NCBI GenBank assembly: GCA_963770895.1 | Contig: CAVYRF010000002.1 | Location: 3,808,001-3,872,000, forward strand | DNA from: an uncultured Acidobacteriota bacterium | GTDB lineage: Bacteria; Acidobacteriota; Thermoanaerobaculia; Multivoradales; UBA5704 | Length of the DNA: 64,000 nucleotides | Reading direction: 5' to 3' | Shown here: positions 59,501 to 64,000 of the stretch, piece after piece | How positions within the stretch are numbered: the first letter of the stretch is position 1 | Layout of the letters: every line of letters starts with the position of its first letter | The notes under the pieces: model-generated | Databases searched by the model: none | Told to the model about the DNA's origin: nothing | The model's input: the letters and a program-made list of their open reading frames with translations, nothing else | Translations under genes and position numbers: made by a program

Positions 59501-61280
59501 GCACTTCACCGTCGGCAGTCGCGCCGGAGCCGGCAACCAGGTGGTCAAAGCGTCGGCCCCGGGCTTCGCCGGTCCGGCCCAGTTCGTCGCCAGCGCCCAG
59601 CCGGGCGGTCCGGCGTTGCTGGTGGTCGATGCCGGCGACCAGCAGCAGGGCGTTGCCGGCCAGGCCCTGCCGCTCCCTCTGGTGGCCGTCGTGGTAGATG
59701 CCGGCAGCAACCGGCTGGCCGGAGTGGCAGCAACCTTCAAGGTGGTCAAGGGAGCGGGCACCTTCGCCAACGGCCAGCAGACCCTATCGCTGGCCTCGGA
59801 CACCGATGGCCGCCTGATCGCTTCGTTCACCACCGACCCCGCCGAGGGCATCGCCAACAACGTCGTCGCGGCCACCATCGACAGCCTCCCCGGCGGCCCC
59901 GCCGTGAGCTTCACCGCCTCGACCCTGTCCGCCTACGACCCGTCGCAGACGGCAATCAGCGGTGTCGTGCTCGACAACAGCAACCAGCCGGTGCCGGGAG
60001 CGACGCTGCGCATCCTCGGCACCGCCCTGACGACCACCAGCGACCCGCAAGGTCTTTTCCAGCTCGCCGGTGTGCCCGCCGGCACCGTGCAGCTCATCGT
60101 GGACGGCAGCACGGTCCAGCGGCCGGGCTCCTGGCCGCAGCTGGAGTTCAACCTGACCCCCGTGCCCGGCCGTAACAACCCCCTGCGCATGCCGGTCTAC
60201 CTGCTCCCCCTCGACCTTCAAAGCGGCATCGTCGTCGACGAGACCCATGGTGGAACGCTCACCCTGCCGCAGCTTCCGGGTTTTGCCCTGACCATCCAGC
60301 CTGGATCGGTCACCTTCCCTGGCGGCGGCAAGAGCGGCACCGTGAGCGTCACGGTCGTCCACAGCGACCGCGTGCCCATGACCCCCAACTTCGGCCAGCA
60401 GCCCCGCCTGATCGTCACCATCCAACCCGCCGGAGCGCAGTTCAATCCCCCCGCCACCCTCACCATCCCCAACGTTGAAGGTCTGCCCGCCGGAAAGGTC
60501 GCCGAGTTCTACTCCTTCGACCACGATCTCGGCCACTTCGTCAGCATCGGCCCCGGCACCGTCAGCGATGACGGCACCACGGTCACTTCCAATCCCGGCG
60601 TCGGCATCGTCAAGGCCGGCTGGCACTGCTGCGGGTTCCCTGAAGGTGCGGGCGCCCCCAATGCGTGCCCCGAATGCACTGTCTGCACCGGCAGCCAATG
60701 CGCGCCCAGCCAGATATGTAGTTCCTGCCAAAAGCACGTCGGCGATCTGTGCAATGGCGCGGGTGTCTGCGTCACTCAATCTCAACTTGTACCGACCTTG
60801 ATATCCAAGCAGCTCCTGATACTTCCAATCGGTGCGCCAACACCCTTGCAGCGCAGCGATCTTCCCGGTCATCCCCTCTGCCTCAGCCCGGCACAGAGTC
60901 CCTGCTTCACGGCCAGCCAACTATCCTATGGCCCGATCAGCATAAATGCCCCTTGCTCCGGAGTTGACTTAGCCGGCAGCATTCTCGAAGAGGAGCTAAC
61001 CCCAGTTTCAACGACAGATCCCGTCGGCTGCCCAACCATTGCTTCCAAAGGACCAGGGTGCCAGGTCATCGCAGGAAATAAACTGGTCAGCTTTGCCGAT
61101 CCTTCCAAACCGTGCGTTGACGTCATGGCGACCTGCGAACCGGCGCCTTCTGCAGCCTGCACCGATACGATAAGGCAAACAATATCGCTCAATGGGGTCA
61201 CGCTTTTCACGCGAACCATCACAGATACGGTGTCGCCATCCTCTAGCGGTTGCATCGTGACGACCACCGTATCGCCATAG
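56589..61280 (+). CDS. Giant secreted protein: 2x DNRLRE-like domains, Ig-like repeats, carboxypeptidase-regulatory-like domain, Cys-rich tip
   Basis: Duplicated ADT..R(G/A)LV.F..W.E..ATW.C..FDVT.DV..GW..KTDE..SRE module; ATD.AGN Ig repeats; start maybe GTG 56688. Confidence 0.85.
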   Translation: MWTRTRIAGRFLCGLSAVVGDVHGVLPPCLRRAVRHAKLSLILSLMGFSMEVGTAPLAAQTVILQASADTTLKESSPNKNFGADQTLTLREGGNRGLVRFDAAALSAAVAGGSLASAQLQVYVTTNAGNWGATGRTVDVYQQATPWWEGGATWNCANDPNPGHAGAGCANGWTGGVPAQGANGPNGDGEATDTVVVTDATTGWVQFDVTADVAAFLAGAPNNGWMLQKTDEGQPGRIDLASREGTAGFGPRLVLVSQSAAYDTVPPALAIVAPAQAVLVNVPSPAITVTYQDPGSGVDTSTLKIAIDGHDVTATCAIAAQAATCSSPALAAGVHTLTASVSDRAGNVAIATDSFQLLLGPGISTLTFPVAADTFITAKAPDREHGRAAILRVAKGGPSRALVAFAPASLAAALGGGQILAAQLQVGVAQNAQNWGSTGRTLGIYRLIAAWSEPAATWDCPADTNLDNAVPDCATPWSGGTFAAAPTSTALITRQISGSVTFDVTDDVTAFASGTESDGWLIAKTDETLAGRIDFTSREATSGQVAQLTVEVQVPASLPTVTLTAPPDGTYTNNSTQVVSGQIGGSAVGVTVNGQAATVALGGAFTTQITLSPSINPIVAVATDAAGNQASAAVTVILDTTPPALAVTSPQNGAISNQPRVTVTGTATDDNGAVSVTVAGQPVALTGSSFSTTVPLSAGANAIAVVATDLAGNTRSITVTVTQYSVPVVSIQQPVDLSYVNTTTVTVSGTATGATSVSVNGVAATLSGASFTAAGVPLIEGGNTLTATATDGQGHVGTASINVVRDQTPPHVTIYTPGAGATLAAATVTVSGLVNDIVAGTVNTGNATVTVNGIPATVANRSFLAPNVPLQPGGNVLTAVAVDAAGNQAVATVTVRQMTPAGPRIAAISGDTQSATVGTPVPLPLVAALLDTSGQPVVGKQVLFQAIGTDGTFDNGRRTYAVPSDVAGHATVHFTVGSRAGAGNQVVKASAPGFAGPAQFVASAQPGGPALLVVDAGDQQQGVAGQALPLPLVAVVVDAGSNRLAGVAATFKVVKGAGTFANGQQTLSLASDTDGRLIASFTTDPAEGIANNVVAATIDSLPGGPAVSFTASTLSAYDPSQTAISGVVLDNSNQPVPGATLRILGTALTTTSDPQGLFQLAGVPAGTVQLIVDGSTVQRPGSWPQLEFNLTPVPGRNNPLRMPVYLLPLDLQSGIVVDETHGGTLTLPQLPGFALTIQPGSVTFPGGGKSGTVSVTVVHSDRVPMTPNFGQQPRLIVTIQPAGAQFNPPATLTIPNVEGLPAGKVAEFYSFDHDLGHFVSIGPGTVSDDGTTVTSNPGVGIVKAGWHCCGFPEGAGAPNACPECTVCTGSQCAPSQICSSCQKHVGDLCNGAGVCVTQSQLVPTLISKQLLILPIGAPTPLQRSDLPGHPLCLSPAQSPCFTASQLSYGPISINAPCSGVDLAGSILEEELTPVSTTDPVGCPTIASKGPGCQVIAGNKLVSFADPSKPCVDVMATCEPAPSAACTDTIRQTISLNGVTLFTRTITDTVSPSSSGCIVTTTVSP

Positions 61281-61298
61281 TTGAACCGAGATTGCACG

Positions 61299-62270
61299 AT
61301 GCGAGGCAAGAGCTGCTCTCTCCTTACGCTACGAGCGGTCACGGTGGCACTAGCCATCACCGCCTTAGCGGCTCCGTCTGCTTTGCCAGCTGAACCCCCG
61401 ATGCTTGGGGGATCTCGATGCCCATGGCCGGGGCTCAGTGGTAGCCGGCTTCTAGGATATCAGCTGGGGAGCGTCAGCTTCTTGGAGGCCTCAATTCGCA
61501 GCGTTGTCGAGGAGTTGACCCAGCGCCATGGAATACCGTTGTCTTTCATTGAGGGCAATCCCGGCGGAACGGTGACTATATCAGGTCAGAATTGTACACT
61601 GAGGCAGCTGCTGGACAAGATTGTCTCGAGCGCCGTTAATTACCGATACGATTTCATCGGCTCACACCTTGTTCTATATCCGAGTGATCCAGCATGGCGT
61701 ATCAGGATTGAGCACCTCGAAGTACCGGCCGGCCCTCGCAGCATTGTCCTCCGGCGCCTTATCGAAGGCCTGGGGAGGCTGGCGCTGCCGCTGCCTCCCT
61801 TGGTCGATCGAGGCATAAACGGCTATCCAGACGCGATCGAGTACGTGGACCCCGTCACGCTAGCTACGCCTGCCTCGGTTACGGAACTCTTCGTGCAGTT
61901 GCTTGGTGAACGAGAGTCCGCAGTCTTCGAAGTGTCGAACCACGGCAAGCCCTCCAGGGCGCTGGTTCAGGTCTCCATCGCCAGCCTTGCCAAGTCTCTG
62001 GAGGTAACGTCGCCCAAGAAGCGCTTTACGTTCACCGGTGAAGCAGCTCGGCTGCAAGTTCTTGGGCTGCTGCACAACGGCGAGCGCCAAGATCTCACGG
62101 CGCCAGCCTGCGGAACGCAATACTTTTCGGCGACCAGCAACTTCACAGTCACAGCCGACGGTGTTGTTACAGGAAAGTCACAAGGGCAAGGTGCAATCAT
62201 AGTCAGCAATGGCAACTTGCGGATGACGATTTATCTTTATCTTGACGCCAACAAAAACAATGCACAGTGA
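61299..62270 (+). CDS. Secreted hypothetical protein (STN-like N-terminal region, Ig-like C-terminus)
   Basis: Signal peptide; TLRQLLDKIV; DLTAPACGTQYFS..VTADGVVTG; lower GC. Confidence 0.7.
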   Translation: MRGKSCSLLTLRAVTVALAITALAAPSALPAEPPMLGGSRCPWPGLSGSRLLGYQLGSVSFLEASIRSVVEELTQRHGIPLSFIEGNPGGTVTISGQNCTLRQLLDKIVSSAVNYRYDFIGSHLVLYPSDPAWRIRIEHLEVPAGPRSIVLRRLIEGLGRLALPLPPLVDRGINGYPDAIEYVDPVTLATPASVTELFVQLLGERESAVFEVSNHGKPSRALVQVSIASLAKSLEVTSPKKRFTFTGEAARLQVLGLLHNGERQDLTAPACGTQYFSATSNFTVTADGVVTGKSQGQGAIIVSNGNLRMTIYLYLDANKNNAQ

Positions 62271-64000
62271 ACCCTCGCGATTCTGCGGCGTGCTGCTGGT
62301 GTCGATCTTCGCGGTTGGCTTTGCGAGGTCAGTGCCCCTGCAAGCCCAGCTGGACCAGACCTGCACGGTGAGCGCGCTCAACCGGACGGCGCCGGTGGAT
62401 GGCAACGGCGTCTGGGTGCTGACGAATGTGCCGGCGGGCACGGGGCAGGTACGGGTGCGGGCGGCTTGCGTGGACAACGGCACGGTGCGGTATGGGCAGT
62501 CGGATCTGTTCACCGTGCCGGTCAATGGCACGATCCTGGTGAGCGGCATCTCGTTTACGAACCCGGTGTCGATCCCCTCCACCCTTTCGTTGACGGGGCC
62601 ATCGACGCCACTTTCGTCCGTGGGGCAGCAGGCGCAGCTCTCGGCCGTGGCATCCTACCCGGACGGGTCGTCAGCAGATCTGACGGCCGGCACGACGGGT
62701 ACGGGGTATGTGTCGAGCAACCCGGCGGTGGCGAGCGTGGATGCCAGTGGGGTGGTGACGGCGCAGGCAAGCGGTACGGTGGTCATCAGCGCGCTCAACG
62801 AGGGGGCACTGGGGATCGTCCAGGTGCAGGTGGTGCTGTCCGGCAGCGCGGTGGGCGATGGCATTCCAGACGACTGGAAGGTGGCGCATGGACTCGATCC
62901 AAACGACCCGTACTGTGCCCTCGAGGACCCTGACAACGACGGTCTGACCAACCTGGAGGAGTATCAGAACGGCACCGACCCAAACAACCCCGACACTGAC
63001 GGCGACGGGCTGTCCGATGGGGACGAGGTGCACGTTTACCACACCAACCCGCTGCTGTGGGACACGGATGGTGATGGCATTTCGGACGGGGTCGAGGTGC
63101 GCACCGGGAGTGATCCGCTCGATATGCACAGCTTCAATCTGGCGGCGGCGCTGTCGTCGATCACGGTGTCGCCGGCGTCGTTCACCCTGGTGTTCAACAC
63201 GGTCGGCGGCCAGGCGACGCGGCAGCTGGCGGCAGTGGGCAACGTGATCGATGGCCGCACGATCGACCTGTTCAACCCGCTGTACCAGACGCAGGTCACG
63301 TCGAGCGATCTGACAGTGGCCAGCCTGGGCTTGCAGCCGGGGCTGGTGTATGCCGGGCAGAGCGGGACAGCGACGATCACAGTGAGCAACAGCGGCTGGT
63401 CGGAAGCGTCGATGGTGGCGGTGACGACGTTTGCGCCACGGGCCCTGGCGTTTCTGCCTCTGCCGGGTTTCCAGAATGCGGTCGAGGCGGCCGGGGATTT
63501 CGTCTATGTGGCGTCCGGCGGGTTCGGGCTGTCGGTCGTGGATGTGACGAACCTGGCGGCTCCGGTCCTGGTGGCCCAGGCGGCGACCCCGGGGAGCGCC
63601 AACGATGTGCGGGTGTCCGGGACCGTTGCCTACGTGGCCGACGACAGCGGGCTGCAGCTGATGGATGTCAGCGACCCGGCTCACCCGGCGCGGCTGGGCA
63701 GCCTGAGCTTCCCCGACGGCCAGCAGGTGCGCCTGGCGGTCTACGGGAACCTGGTGTACCTGGCCGACATGAGCTTCGGCCTGCATGTGGTCGATGTGTC
63801 CAACCCGATGCAGCCGGTCGAGGTCGGGTTGCTCGCCTTGGGCGGCACGCCGCGCGCCATCGCCCTGGGCGGGAGCGGGCTGGGCGGGTATGGCTTGAGC
63901 GGATCGTATGCGGTGATCGCCTGTGGCGACGGCGGCCTGGCCGTGGTGGATGTCAGCGACCCCACGGCGCCGGACCTGGTGGGCGCAACTCCTGACGATC
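62260..64000 (+). CDS. Large secreted protein with Ig-like domains, Asp-rich Ca-binding repeats and LVIVD repeats, 3'-partial (not in the ORF track)
   Basis: MHSEPSRFCGVLLVSIFAVG..QAQLDQTCTVSALNR; DPDNDGLTNLEEYQNGTDPNNPDTDGDGLSDG; GLSVVDVTN, GLHVVDVSNP, GLAVVDVSDP. Confidence 0.88.
   Translation, partial: MHSEPSRFCGVLLVSIFAVGFARSVPLQAQLDQTCTVSALNRTAPVDGNGVWVLTNVPAGTGQVRVRAACVDNGTVRYGQSDLFTVPVNGTILVSGISFTNPVSIPSTLSLTGPSTPLSSVGQQAQLSAVASYPDGSSADLTAGTTGTGYVSSNPAVASVDASGVVTAQASGTVVISALNEGALGIVQVQVVLSGSAVGDGIPDDWKVAHGLDPNDPYCALEDPDNDGLTNLEEYQNGTDPNNPDTDGDGLSDGDEVHVYHTNPLLWDTDGDGISDGVEVRTGSDPLDMHSFNLAAALSSITVSPASFTLVFNTVGGQATRQLAAVGNVIDGRTIDLFNPLYQTQVTSSDLTVASLGLQPGLVYAGQSGTATITVSNSGWSEASMVAVTTFAPRALAFLPLPGFQNAVEAAGDFVYVASGGFGLSVVDVTNLAAPVLVAQAATPGSANDVRVSGTVAYVADDSGLQLMDVSDPAHPARLGSLSFPDGQQVRLAVYGNLVYLADMSFGLHVVDVSNPMQPVEVGLLALGGTPRAIALGGSGLGGYGLSGSYAVIACGDGGLAVVDVSDPTAPDLVGATPDD

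Larger units (their letters stand above)
18224..64000. mobile_element. tRNA-Lys-anchored genomic island (right end not seen)
   Basis: Integrase immediately after the tRNA; shift to lower, patchy GC; many pseudogenes, IS, RIT and toxin genes; no core genes after 18.2 kb. Confidence 0.75.

Noticed and set aside
18224-64000. attR copy of the tRNA-Lys 3' end
   Set aside because: Not seen by eye in this window; it may lie beyond the window or be deleted.

Overview
GC-rich bacterial DNA. The gene style suggests Acidobacteriota, possibly Thermoanaerobaculia; this is inference only. Bases 1-18.2 kb are core chromosome: M24 peptidase, DUF4126, transglutaminase-TPR, yjbQ, a split 5-oxoprolinase/hydantoinase, Uma2 nuclease, esterase, ccsA-hemA-(dps)-hemC-hemD, purA, an AdoMet-decarboxylase-like gene and tRNA-Lys(TTT). 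A genomic island starts at the tRNA and runs past the window end. Its integrase is broken by a CTAG duplication and by a three-recombinase RIT element inserted exactly in the HDLRH catalytic motif. The island carries five main parts. (i) A cluster of paralogous XRE-HTH/TPR regulators around a signal-peptide precursor with four (K/R)PQNGCG(I/A)DP(N/S/D)G..C repeats. This is a candidate RRNPP-like peptide signalling system in a diderm and the best novelty candidate. (ii) An RHS toxin split over two secreted proteins, with a C39 peptidase, Ig domains and a triple domain insertion. (iii) Immunity-like genes, an ISAzo13 element and a collapsed duplication. (iv) An in-frame S26/TraF peptidase-class III lanthipeptide synthetase fusion coupled to an exported thioredoxin. 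(v) An operon of giant secreted Ig/DNRLRE/LVIVD proteins. All family calls come from motif recognition, not database searches.
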